Assembly (NCBI GenBank): GCA_030672605.1
Contig: DAOVGE010000017.1
Location: 1 to 47,960, forward strand
Length of the DNA stretch: 47,960 bases
DNA from: Methanosarcinales archaeon
GTDB taxonomy: Archaea; Halobacteriota; Methanosarcinia; Methanosarcinales; Methanogasteraceae
Direction: 5' to 3'
The position numbers were made by a program, and so were the translations under genes. The notes beneath the pieces were generated by a model that worked only from the letters and a program-made list of their open reading frames with translations, was not told the DNA's origin and did no database searches. Below, piece by piece: positions 27,670-36,330 of the stretch (within the stretch, counting starts at the first letter, position 1; each line of letters starts with the position of its first letter).

Positions 27670-28863
27670 ATGAAAGCGGTGATCCTTGCAGCAGGTGAAG
27701 GGACGCGAATGCGTCCGCTGACGAAAGCGTGCCCGAAGGTGATGCTCCCGGTTGCGAATAGACCAGTTCTAGAGGATATCCTGGTCTCTGCAAGAGATTC
27801 CGGGGTAGGCGAGTTCGTCTGCGTGGTCGGGTATATGGGCGATCTGATCAGGGATTACTTCGGAGACGGAAGTCGGTTGGGCATTCATATCGAGTATGTT
27901 GAGCAGAAAGAGCAGCTTGGAACCGCTCATGCGATAGAAACGGTTCGTGAGCTTGTGGAGGATCGTTTCATCGTCCTGAACGGGGATGCGATCGTTGGAT
28001 CGTCTGATCTCAAGACGCTCGCCAGTCGGAAGGAGGAGATCGCAATCGCGGTTACTGAGATTGCAAATCCTCTGGGCTACGGCGTTGTGAGGACCTTAGG
28101 TGATCGGGTGATCGAGATAATCGAGAAACCCAAGCAGGCAGTCTCGAATCTCGTGAATGCAGGAATCTATCTCTTCTCGGATGCAATCTTCGACGCAATC
28201 GAGAAGACCGAGCGATCGGTTCGCGGGGAGTATGAGATAACGGACGCAATTCAGGCGATTGTCAACGATTCCGATATTGATATCGGCTACTCTGTTCTGG
28301 ATACGTGGATTGACATCGGAAGACCATGGAATCTGCTGGACGCAAACGAATTCCTGCTATCGGAGCTCGATTCTGAGATTTCTGGCGAAATTGAACCCTA
28401 CGCCACATTGAATGGTTCTGTTGTGGTCGGGAAGGGTACGATAATCAGAAACGGCTCGTACATAACAGGACCGGTTACGATCGGGGAGAACTGCGACATC
28501 GGTCCGAACTGCTTTATCCGACCGAGTACGTCCATAGGAAACGATGTTCGCATCGGAAACGCTGTTGAGGTCAAGAACAGTATCGTCATGGACAACGCAA
28601 AGATCGGGCATCTCAGCTATGTCGGAGATAGCATCATCGGACGCAACTGCAACCTTGGCGCGGGAACAAAGATTGCGAACCTGCGGCACGATGGTAGAAA
28701 CATTCGCGTCGCTCTTGCGGGCGAGTCTGTTGATACCGGCAGAAGGAAACTCGGCGTTGTGATGGGCGATTACGTGCATACCGGGATTAACACGAGCATC
28801 AATGTCGGCGTGATAATGGATGCGGAGCAGAGCACGCATCCGGGCGAGATTGTGATGCGGTGA
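27670..28863 (+). CDS. glmU: Bifunctional sugar-1-phosphate nucleotidylyltransferase / acetyltransferase (archaeal GlmU type)
   Basis: MKAVILAAGEGTRMRPLT nucleotidyltransferase motif plus C-terminal left-handed beta-helix hexapeptide repeats (IGPNCFI..IGNDVRIGNAVEV..). Confidence 0.75.
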   Translation: MKAVILAAGEGTRMRPLTKACPKVMLPVANRPVLEDILVSARDSGVGEFVCVVGYMGDLIRDYFGDGSRLGIHIEYVEQKEQLGTAHAIETVRELVEDRFIVLNGDAIVGSSDLKTLASRKEEIAIAVTEIANPLGYGVVRTLGDRVIEIIEKPKQAVSNLVNAGIYLFSDAIFDAIEKTERSVRGEYEITDAIQAIVNDSDIDIGYSVLDTWIDIGRPWNLLDANEFLLSELDSEISGEIEPYATLNGSVVVGKGTIIRNGSYITGPVTIGENCDIGPNCFIRPSTSIGNDVRIGNAVEVKNSIVMDNAKIGHLSYVGDSIIGRNCNLGAGTKIANLRHDGRNIRVALAGESVDTGRRKLGVVMGDYVHTGINTSINVGVIMDAEQSTHPGEIVMR

Positions 28864-28906
28864 TTAAGGGCGGGGCGGGGCGCCTGAAAGACTTCATAAC
28901 CTCGAA

Positions 28907-28962
28907 CATGCTCAATACCCAGGGTATGAACCACAAGAGTACACAGATTTCCACAAGATTTC
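28907..28962 (+). repeat. Family-3 repeat, left half (interrupted)
   Basis: catgctcaata...ccacaagagtacacagatttccacaagatttc matches the left half of the intact copies at 30229 and 33781. Confidence 0.6.
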
Positions 28963-29325
28963 GAGACTTTTCATTATTTTCTGGAGACTGGTTGAATTAT
29001 GGCATCTATTTACAATTTCGGCATTCGTGCGATTCGTAAATTCGTGTCATTCGTGTTAAAATCACAACTAAGGGCTTGCCAAAAAATAACCTGTTAAAAT
29101 TCGTGTCATTCGTCCATTCGTGAAATTCGTGATAAAATCGGCAGAAGGGATCACGAATGGCACGAATAAACGAATCGCACGAATGTCAGGGATGTGGAGT
29201 GCCATCAGATAACTTTGCTACTTTATTTTTCGGCGAGCACTAAACGAATGACACAAATCCAATCGTTCTGAAAACGCACTCACAATTCTTTCAATTCCTC
29301 CTGACCTGAAAAATTAACAAGTCAT
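28963..29325. repeat. Composite insert: family-6 ends enclosing family-2 ATTCGTG/CACGAAT arrays
   Basis: It starts gagacttttcattattttctgg and ends ctgaaaaattaacaagtcat. Internally it has three arrays of 4 heptamers (29032-29065, 29106-29140, 29154-29187). AAGATTTC is duplicated at both junctions. Confidence 0.55.
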
Positions 29326-29397
29326 AAGATTTCTGTGTTAATCTTGTGTAATCTCGTGGTTTTGTATGCGGATATCAACACAATATTGAGTAAGTAC
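29326..29397 (+). repeat. Family-3 repeat, right half
   Basis: aagatttctgtgttaatcttgtgtaatctcgtggttttgtatgcggatatcaacacaatattgagtaagtac matches the right half of 30229-30372 and 33781-33911. Confidence 0.7.
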
Positions 29398-29451
29398 ATA
29401 GCCTCTGTTTCCAGCAATCCTTTATCCCCCAAAAGAGCCCCATTTCTCACC

Positions 29452-30207
29452 ATGCACAGAGTAATCGACGAGATACTGGAGTTGACACGGCGCAGAGTCG
29501 CTGACATCCGCACTACAGATGTGCCTGAGAAAATCGAGCGCAGGGACGTGATTCAACTGATACGATCTCGCAAGCAAGAAAACAAGATCCCTGTCATTTC
29601 CGAGGTGAAACCCGGCTCACCAACGATTGCGAAGCGCGACATAACCCCCGACGATGCAGCAAGAATTGCGCGGGAGATGGAGGCAGCCGGTGCAGTGGCG
29701 ATCTCTGTCTTGACAGAGCCGGATTTCTTCTACGGGAGCCTGGAAAATCTCTCTGCAGTTCGAAGGTCGGTTACAATACCGGTATTGAGAAAAGACTTCA
29801 TAATCGATTACAAACAGATATATGAAACCGAAAGTGATCTTATATTGCTGATCGCCGGCATACTCGGGGAGGATCTTTGCAGGTTTGTCGATCTGTCTCT
29901 TGCGCGTGGGCTGGAGCCACTCGTGGAAGTGCATAACGAAACCGAGCTTGTGGATGCGCTCGATACGAAGACAAGGATCATCGGCATCAACAATCGGGAT
30001 CTTTCGACGCTCACAATCGACCTATCGACAACAGAACGTATGATTCCGATGATTCCGGACGACAGGATCGTAATCGGCGAGAGCGGGGTCAGAAACTCGG
30101 CAGATGCGGCTCGTGTGATCAACGCAGGAGCGGATGCGATTCTTGTCGGGACTGCGATCATGGACGCCCCGTTCGAGCGGACCAAAGAGCTGGTTGGCGC
30201 GCTTTAG
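29452..30207 (+). CDS. trpC: Indole-3-glycerol-phosphate synthase
   Basis: IPVISEVKPGSPT, ISVLTEPDFFYGS, VLRKDFI, EVHNETEL and IGINNRDL are the TrpC signature blocks. The start is taken at ATG 29452 because the upstream part of ORF 29335 is repeat-derived. Confidence 0.85.
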   Translation: MHRVIDEILELTRRRVADIRTTDVPEKIERRDVIQLIRSRKQENKIPVISEVKPGSPTIAKRDITPDDAARIAREMEAAGAVAISVLTEPDFFYGSLENLSAVRRSVTIPVLRKDFIIDYKQIYETESDLILLIAGILGEDLCRFVDLSLARGLEPLVEVHNETELVDALDTKTRIIGINNRDLSTLTIDLSTTERMIPMIPDDRIVIGESGVRNSADAARVINAGADAILVGTAIMDAPFERTKELVGAL

Positions 30208-30228
30208 TCTGGCGGGCGTCGTATTTGT

Positions 30229-30372
30229 GCATGCGCAATAACTTGTGATAGGAGCCACAAGATTGCACAGTCTGCGAAGCAGCGGCGTAGCCATCTTCAC
30301 AAGATTTCTGTGTTAATCTTGCGTAATCCCGTGGTTTTATACGCGGATATCCGCACAATATTGAGTAAGTAC
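30229..30372 (+). repeat. Family-3 repeat, full copy
   Basis: catgcgcaataacttgtg ... cacaagatttctgtgttaatcttgcg ... cacaatattgagtaagtac, with an internal extra segment tctgcgaagcagcggcgtagccatctt. Confidence 0.75.
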
Positions 30373-30469
30373 TCGTATTCCGTGTGTTCGGGCGATTATT
30401 CACGAGTTGACCGTCCAATCTCCCATGTAACTGAAATATAATATGTGATTAAAAATAGATTACAAACGG

Positions 30470-30883
30470 ATGCCGATTGACAAGCGACGCGCTGAACAGT
30501 ACAGATCCAAAATCAGGTACATCCTTGAACATGTGCATGCCATTCCCAAAGACGTCGGGACCATGGATGAACGGTCCATCGAGGAGGTGCTGTACCGGGT
30601 GCAGACCAGTATCGATGCTGCAGCGGACATGGCTGCGATGCTGGTACAAGACAGAGGAGTTTGTGCCGGCGACCGTTACGAGAACATCGATCTCCTTGTG
30701 GCGAAGCATGAAATCAACCGGAGGTTTGCACAGAAGCTCAGGGTACTGAATGTCATGAGAAACGCAACCGTTCAGGAATATGGGGTGCTTGACGGTGTTC
30801 TGGTGCTTGGGAACATCGAAGAGATCAAAAGAATACTTTTCGCATTCATAAAACAGATCGAGGCTAAACTGGATGCGCCCTGA
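30470..30883 (+). CDS. DUF86 / HepT-like HEPN protein with altered catalytic motif
   Basis: 137 aa and helical. The expected RNxxxHxY motif reads MRNATVQEY, with His replaced by Gln. Confidence 0.6.
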   Translation: MPIDKRRAEQYRSKIRYILEHVHAIPKDVGTMDERSIEEVLYRVQTSIDAAADMAAMLVQDRGVCAGDRYENIDLLVAKHEINRRFAQKLRVLNVMRNATVQEYGVLDGVLVLGNIEEIKRILFAFIKQIEAKLDAP

Positions 30884-30986
30884 CATCGATATCGAATTCG
30901 ACCGCCCCTTCCTGCGGGACTATGAGGTTGTCGTCTTCGGTTCTTATGCGAGCAGGACAATAAATACTAGACTTGTTGCGATATAA
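30873..30986 (+). pseudogene. Truncated MNT-type nucleotidyltransferase remnant
   Basis: MRPDIDIEFDRPFLRDYEVVVFGSYASRT... runs into a MITE after 30 codons. Its ATG overlaps the DUF86 stop. The DxD catalytic part is absent. Confidence 0.5.
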
Positions 30987-31092
30987 AATTCTATAAAATA
31001 CAGCCTTCTAAGGCGTCCATTGCTCCGTGCATATTGCTCCTTTTTACGAATATCCCTTCTCAGGGCTTTTCCAAATTATTTCGCAACAAGTC
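30970..31092. mobile_element. MITE family 4 (TA-flanked)
   Basis: Perfect 12-bp TIR gacttgttgcga / tcgcaacaagtc, flanked by TA on both sides (30968-30969 and 31093-31094). The interior is AT-rich. Confidence 0.6.
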
Positions 31093-31135
31093 TACTGATC
31101 GAGCGGTATAATCAGCACAAACAGCAACAGCACGA

Positions 31136-32332
31136 TCAGATCTCGTAGATCACATCGATTCCTCTGCGCACCTTCGAGATCTCGTTGCCCATGCGGAACA
31201 ACTTGTTTTTATCAATTTTATACCCGCATAGTTGTTCTACGAACCAGAGCGTCTTCAGATGATCTTCTGCGCTCAATTTCCAGTCCGCTTTGTCCTCCGG
31301 ATAATCCATGCCACCAGCGTAGGCGAGCAGTTCGAGGCGTGCAGTCTCGCTGATCCAGCCGATCTCGACGTAATAATCGAGAATGCTCGGCAGATTGTTC
31401 GGTCCGACCAGTTCGAGCAGAAAATCGAGCAGTTCCATCGCAACCATGACCTGGTCTGCCTCGTTTCCCACGGAGTTCAGTTTCACGCATGTGGGTGGGG
31501 GCACGATCTCGACCTCGACCTCGGCAGCCCCGAATGCTGCCGCTTTCGCCTCTTCAGCCTCTGCTGCCGCGGTAATGAGATTCTCAACATCACCCTCTAT
31601 TGATGAGATGGTTGTGCGCGTAAAATCGAGACTTGCTGCCAAATCCGATATTTCTGATCTATTACAACCGACTGACTCCTGCAGTCCGTCCAGTCTTCCG
31701 GAAAAATCGGCTTGCTGCGAAAATATCCCTGATACTACATCCCCGACATCAGAGATGACCGAAATCACTTCGTCTGACCGCGCCTCCATCGTTATCATGG
31801 ATACGCCATTCTTTGAGAGCCTCTCCTCGATTTCTTGCAGATTCTTCCTTAGATCGTCGATGTCTGAGCGGTCGATTGCTGGTTCGTTTGCAATTTCCGG
31901 CTCTTCTGATGATGCGGGCATATAGTAAACAGCCTCGGTGAGCTCTGAAAACGCTGCCACAACCTTGTCGACCTGCGTCGCAATCGAGGAAATATCCTCC
32001 CTGATCGCCGCAATCTCGCCGCTAAAATCCTGTCGGGCACTGATGGGCTCGGGTACTGATTCAGTGACCGGTTCCGAAAAATCCGGAGGGGGGAGGGGGG
32101 AATCAAAGAGTTCTTGAGGCATTGTTTCAGCGTCGCCGCTGAGATCTAATTCAGGAGGAACCTCTGCGACCTCGTGCTGAGCGGATGGTGAATCAACGAC
32201 TGTGGGTGGTTGCGAATATTTTGATATTCTACCTCGAAGCTCACCGGTTCTCGTGATTCGCCTCAGAGCCGCACGCAGCACAGATGATATACTATCTTTA
32301 ATCCTGGTGGCTGCAGGAGTTGTCTCATCCAT
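31136..32332 (-). CDS. FlaD/FlaE-domain (archaellum accessory-like) protein with acidic coiled N-terminal region
   Basis: The C-terminal about 110 aa, LLDFLLELVGPNNLPSILDYYVEIGWISETARLELLAYAGG...HLKTLWFVEQL, resembles the archaeal FlaD/E domain. Confidence 0.55.
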   Translation of the reverse strand: MDETTPAATRIKDSISSVLRAALRRITRTGELRGRISKYSQPPTVVDSPSAQHEVAEVPPELDLSGDAETMPQELFDSPLPPPDFSEPVTESVPEPISARQDFSGEIAAIREDISSIATQVDKVVAAFSELTEAVYYMPASSEEPEIANEPAIDRSDIDDLRKNLQEIEERLSKNGVSMITMEARSDEVISVISDVGDVVSGIFSQQADFSGRLDGLQESVGCNRSEISDLAASLDFTRTTISSIEGDVENLITAAAEAEEAKAAAFGAAEVEVEIVPPPTCVKLNSVGNEADQVMVAMELLDFLLELVGPNNLPSILDYYVEIGWISETARLELLAYAGGMDYPEDKADWKLSAEDHLKTLWFVEQLCGYKIDKNKLFRMGNEISKVRRGIDVIYEI

Positions 32333-32368
32333 TCGATTCCCCGATATGTTATATATCGTTGAATGGAT

Positions 32369-33346
32369 TTAAACGCTTTGGTCTGTTAAGTGCAAAACAC
32401 CAGCCAATTCCGCTCGCAGCTCTCCGAGCGTGGCACACCGCTCGGCACACGCGTTATGCTGGTGGATACTCTCCTCGTTGATCTGTTTGAGCGAGATCAG
32501 GGAATCGTCAGGCAGGCGCGGGAACTCCTTCACGATCGAATGCGCCATCGCGCGGACACAGTCCTCCACAAATCTCGGAGTCCGGTGCGCGACATCAACC
32601 ACCGCCGCCTCATCGGATCGTTTGAGCAGTTCGAATATCGTAGAACTCATTGAGGACTCGATGACGTCGATCAACTTCGCGAGCGGCACATCGTACCGAT
32701 CGTGAACCTCTATAGAGATTGTTCCCCGCCCGCGCTGGTTGTGGGTTGCCATAGGGACTCGGATCAGGAACTGGGCGATCGTGGCGTCGGGAACGCCGAG
32801 CTCGACCAGTTCATTCCTTGCACGGTCCCGCATAATCTCCTGCGCACAAGGGCATGCAGTCATCCCGAGTACCTCCGCGCCAACGAGTTTTCGGACCCTG
32901 ATGTCGCCACCATCCGACCTGATTGCGACCGCCTCTGCGAAGATGTCGACCACGCTCTGGCAGTTCATGTGTGTCACCGGGGTCTCCCGCTTGACCACGT
33001 ATTCGCTCTTCATCTGCACCTCGGCGCGAGATGCATACTCGTGCTTGGTTAAGAGGCGGCGTGCGACAATACCGCACAATTCCTCTATTTCATATACCGG
33101 AGCCTTGACCGCCTCCTCCAAGACCTCATCAATGGTCTCAAAGTTTCTCGAAAGGTTTGCGCCCTTGCGATCTGGCGGCAGGTCCACAAATATGTTAAAT
33201 CTTGCGATGAGTACGATCGGGCGCTTGCCCTTGCGTGCAATCTCAATCAGCTTCTTGACGTCGGTTACGCCAACACGTGTCAGGTTGATCGGGATTGCAG
33301 GTCTGGTTGCCTGAATATCCGGAAGTTCGACCACTGGTAGTTTCAT
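32369..33346 (-). CDS. mptA: GTP cyclohydrolase MptA (FolE2 family; methanopterin pathway)
   Basis: [35 protein letters not shown] and MATHNQRG blocks. The start is taken at Met24 ([10 protein letters not shown]). Confidence 0.8.
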   Translation of the reverse strand: MKLPVVELPDIQATRPAIPINLTRVGVTDVKKLIEIARKGKRPIVLIARFNIFVDLPPDRKGANLSRNFETIDEVLEEAVKAPVYEIEELCGIVARRLLTKHEYASRAEVQMKSEYVVKRETPVTHMNCQSVVDIFAEAVAIRSDGGDIRVRKLVGAEVLGMTACPCAQEIMRDRARNELVELGVPDATIAQFLIRVPMATHNQRGRGTISIEVHDRYDVPLAKLIDVIESSMSSTIFELLKRSDEAAVVDVAHRTPRFVEDCVRAMAHSIVKEFPRLPDDSLISLKQINEESIHQHNACAERCATLGELRAELAGVLHLTDQSV

Positions 33347-33571
33347 GTCAGTCTTCTCCAGTACTGGTGATTCGGTTCTGTGCTGTATGGCGTCAATATA
33401 TAAATCTTGCGGCACCCTGGGTGAAATTTTTTGATTTCTTCTGGCCGGTTGAAAATATAATGAACCGTAGATTAACGCGAATGAACGCGGATTTGTTCAT
33501 AGGTATCTGCGTAAATCTGCGGAGGATGAGATTGAAGGAAATCATTGCAGCCAGAAAATATTAAAAAATCG

Positions 33572-33761
33572 CTGGTTCTGTTGTTTTCTGTGGTCGATGG
33601 CAGTAGCCATTACGTGTGTAGAAATCGCGGGCGTCACTCCTTCGTCTCTGCGTCTCTGCGACTTTGCGTTAAATCAGAGAAACGCAAAGACGCGAGGGCG
33701 CGAAGAATGAAAAATCACTTATTCCGGCATCTTTTGAAAACCACAGAATCCGTTAGAATCA
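33572..33761 (-). mobile_element. MITE family 1, copy D (inverted, with internal extra segment)
   Basis: ctggttctgttgttttctgtggtc ... aaaaccacagaatccgttagaatca. Flanks are AAAAAATCG / GAAAAATCG (8 of 9 identical). Confidence 0.8.
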
Positions 33762-33780
33762 GAAAAATCGCCCCGGGGTA

Positions 33781-33911
33781 CATGCTCAATAACTTGTTAT
33801 AGGAACCACGAGATTACACAGATTTGCACAAGATTTCTGTGTTAATCTTGTGTAATCTCGTGAAATCTCGTGGTTTTATATGTGAATATCCACACAATAT
33901 TGGGTAAGTAC
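33781..33911 (+). repeat. Family-3 repeat, full copy
   Basis: catgctcaataacttgttatagg, then CACGAGATTaCACAGATTTgCACAAGATTT, then ctgtgttaatcttgtgtaatctcgtg ... cacaatattgggtaagtac. Confidence 0.75.
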
Positions 33912-34039
33912 ACCTATAGATAGTGTCAACCCAACACTGGCGTTATATCGATCACACATCAGCACAAGCCCATGCGAATGCCAATTTTACAGGCAGGGAC
34001 TGCTCCCGTGTTCGGATTCGCTGACATGCGCAGATGGAC

Positions 34040-34047
34040 TTTTATAT
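34040..34047 (+). promoter_or_regulatory. Possible TATA box of the KaiC-like/GTPase operon
   Basis: ttttatat lies about 50 bp upstream of ATG 34096. A GGTG Shine-Dalgarno-like box lies about 9 nt before the ATG. Confidence 0.35.
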
Positions 34048-34095
34048 GAAGACGTACAATCAACTAAATGAGCGAATGAAGCAGGTGCGGTTTCT

Positions 34096-34788
34096 ATGGC
34101 ATACAATCTCGGCATACCGAAACTAGATGATTTGATCGGGGATATCAGGGGTGGTACGAACATCATGATGATTGGTCCCCCTATGAGTGGGAAAGAGGAT
34201 CTCATAAACATCATCGCATACCGGGGGTTGGTCGATCGCGATGCTGCCGTAATCGTCTCGACGCGGGAGCCAGGAAACAACGTGCTCGAATGGTTCGAAC
34301 GGCGTAACCTGAACATCTCGATGGATAGAATTGGGATTGTGGACTGTGTTACGCGCACCCTCGGGTTTGCCGCACCCGATACCGAGAACATCAAGATGGC
34401 GTCAAGCCCGGTTGATCTCACAGGCATTGGTGTCAAGATCAGCCAGTTCTTTGAACATTTCTGGATGGAGATGCAGCTCAGGGAGACGAGACTGTGCATC
34501 AACTCGCTATCAACGATTCTGATGTACTCGAACCTGCAGACCGTGTTTCGGTTTTTGCACGTCTTCACAGGTCGTATCAAGGCAGCAAATGCGCTCGGCG
34601 TCTACGTGATTGAGGAGGGGATGCACGATGCGCAGACGATTGTGACATTGAAGCAGTTGTTTGATGGCATGATTGAGATAAGGGAAGGGGATGATGGTTA
34701 TCAAATACGGGTTGTCGGGCTCACGCCGAAGCCAACGCCGTGGTTTGATTATGAAGTCAATGGTGTAGATGTTGTACTACGGGGTTAG
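34096..34788 (+). CDS. KaiC/RecA-like protein with degenerate Walker A
   Basis: GIPKLDDLIGDIRGGTNIMMIGPPMSGKE shows the KaiC-type N-terminal layout, but the P-loop ends GKE instead of GK[ST]. Confidence 0.75.
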   Translation: MAYNLGIPKLDDLIGDIRGGTNIMMIGPPMSGKEDLINIIAYRGLVDRDAAVIVSTREPGNNVLEWFERRNLNISMDRIGIVDCVTRTLGFAAPDTENIKMASSPVDLTGIGVKISQFFEHFWMEMQLRETRLCINSLSTILMYSNLQTVFRFLHVFTGRIKAANALGVYVIEEGMHDAQTIVTLKQLFDGMIEIREGDDGYQIRVVGLTPKPTPWFDYEVNGVDVVLRG

Positions 34789-35966
34789 TGAATATGATAG
34801 AGACAGGGATACCGAAGCTAGATGGTTATTTACACGGAGGTGTTCCGGAAGGAAGATCTCTTGTGTACTATACGTACCCCGGCGTAGCTGGTGATGTTTT
34901 CGGGATGCAGACGATATGCCACGCCACATCGAACGGTATACTGGGAGTCTATGTCGCATCCAGTACCGATCCGCAGATGATCCGGGATCAGTTCAGCGAG
35001 TTCGGGTGGGCTACTGAGGACTATAATGGCAGGTTCATTGTGGTGGACGCGTTCTCAGGGCTGATCGGCGCGGATTCGCAGGAACGGTATGTCGTGTCCG
35101 ATCCGGAGGATGTCAACAGCCTGACCCAGTGTATCAAGAAGGTGATGGAAGAGATGAGCGAACCCGGAATCATCGTCTTCGAATCACTCTCGACGATCAT
35201 GGACCTGTGCGGGGAGTCTGAGACCCTTGATGCGCTTGAGGAGTGGAGCCAGTACGCAATGCTCTACGATCATGCGCTGGTTTACAATTTCACGGCATGG
35301 CCCTATTCCGAAGAGACGCTGCTGCACGTGAAGGAGAATGTTTGCAATTCCGTCATCTCTGTTGGTGGAATTACTGGAGACGTTATTTTCGGGCAGTATT
35401 TTGGGGTGCTGAAGGTGGATTGGACGGACATTGCACGGAAAAGCACGTTGTTCAAGGTTTTGAAGCCCGGCGGCATACGCGCGTACATCCCGAAGATACT
35501 GGTCACGGGACCGTTTGATGCTGGCAAATCAACGTTCGTACACGCACTCTCCAACAGGGCGATCTCAGTGGATCGGCTTGGCACAACGATCGCGCTTGAT
35601 CATGGGCATGTGGATCGCAAAGGGTTTGCCGCAGATATATTCGGAACCCCTGGGCAGGAACGGTTCGATCCGATCGTGAAACTGCTCAGCGGAGAGGCAA
35701 TGGGTATATTCCTCCTCCTCGACTCGACAAACACCACTGATTTTAAGAGGGGCAAGCGCATGCTTGAAATCACGGAGTCGTTCGGTCTGCCGGTTGTGAT
35801 CGTCGCAAACAAGCAGGACATGTCAGAAGCGCTCACGCCGGAGGAGATCAGAAGAGAACTGGATATGCCAGCGAATGTACAGATCATGCCCGCGGTTGCA
35901 GCCACCGGAGAGGGCGTCTTCGAGGCATTCGAGACACTGGTCGATATGGTAATGGAGGTGGACTGA
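34788..35966 (+). CDS. Fusion protein: degenerate KaiC-like domain plus small GTPase (CvnD/MglA-like, COG2229-type)
   Basis: The N-domain GIPKLDGYLHGGVPEGRSLVYYTYPGVAGDV has lost the P-loop Lys and Thr. The C-domain has G1 GPFDAGKST, G3 FGTPGQ and G4 NKQD. The GTG start overlaps the upstream stop, with ATG 34794 as an alternative. Confidence 0.8.
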   Translation: MNMIETGIPKLDGYLHGGVPEGRSLVYYTYPGVAGDVFGMQTICHATSNGILGVYVASSTDPQMIRDQFSEFGWATEDYNGRFIVVDAFSGLIGADSQERYVVSDPEDVNSLTQCIKKVMEEMSEPGIIVFESLSTIMDLCGESETLDALEEWSQYAMLYDHALVYNFTAWPYSEETLLHVKENVCNSVISVGGITGDVIFGQYFGVLKVDWTDIARKSTLFKVLKPGGIRAYIPKILVTGPFDAGKSTFVHALSNRAISVDRLGTTIALDHGHVDRKGFAADIFGTPGQERFDPIVKLLSGEAMGIFLLLDSTNTTDFKRGKRMLEITESFGLPVVIVANKQDMSEALTPEEIRRELDMPANVQIMPAVAATGEGVFEAFETLVDMVMEVD

Positions 35967-35967
35967 G

Positions 35968-36330
35968 ATGTCGACATCAGAAATGCTCGGAAAAGTGCTC
36001 GCCGGTCTCGGAAAGGTTGGAGAGATTGAGGCGAGTGCGATATCAACACGGGACGGGCTCCTCATGAATGCGGATATGCACGCCGCTGGCGATCCGGAGA
36101 CTTTTGTTGCAATGTCGGCAACGATGCTCGGCGCAGCAGAGACCGCAACATCCGAACTGGGCAAGAGTGTGCCGAACCGGGTAATCGTGGAGACCGACGA
36201 CGGGAAATTGATATGCATGGGCGCAGGACCAAAAGCGCTAGTGGTTGTGATGACCGCACCGGATGCCGGGCTCGGTCTGGTGCTTGTAGAGATGGCGAAA
36301 GCCGCAGAAAAGATCGAGAGACTGATATGA
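35968..36330 (+). CDS. Roadblock/LC7 (MglB/CvnB-like) protein
   Basis: 120 aa. LAGLGKVGEIEASAISTRDGLLM...VIVETDDGKLICMGAGPKALVVVM is the typical Roadblock pattern. Confidence 0.8.
   Translation: MSTSEMLGKVLAGLGKVGEIEASAISTRDGLLMNADMHAAGDPETFVAMSATMLGAAETATSELGKSVPNRVIVETDDGKLICMGAGPKALVVVMTAPDAGLGLVLVEMAKAAEKIERLI

Noticed and set aside
29023-29200. Possible CRISPR array, because of regularly spaced ATTCGTG repeats.
   Set aside because: The repeat unit is only 7 nt with an 8-10-bp period, so there is no room for spacers. The arrays are arranged as inverted arms and recur as whole units elsewhere. No cas genes are present.
29335-29451. N-terminal 39-codon extension of the trpC ORF.
   Set aside because: This part is the right half of a family-3 repeat (identical DNA at 30300-30372 and 33835-33911). 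The conserved TrpC sequence starts at Met 29452.
33987-34580. 197-aa minus-strand ORF. Comparable long antisense ORFs lie at 12536-13108, 14920-15474, 31383-31925, 32739-33314, 39445-40044, 40341-40784, 43159-43701 and 23182-23739.
   Set aside because: Each lies opposite a gene with strong family motifs, and none shows a recognisable motif of its own.
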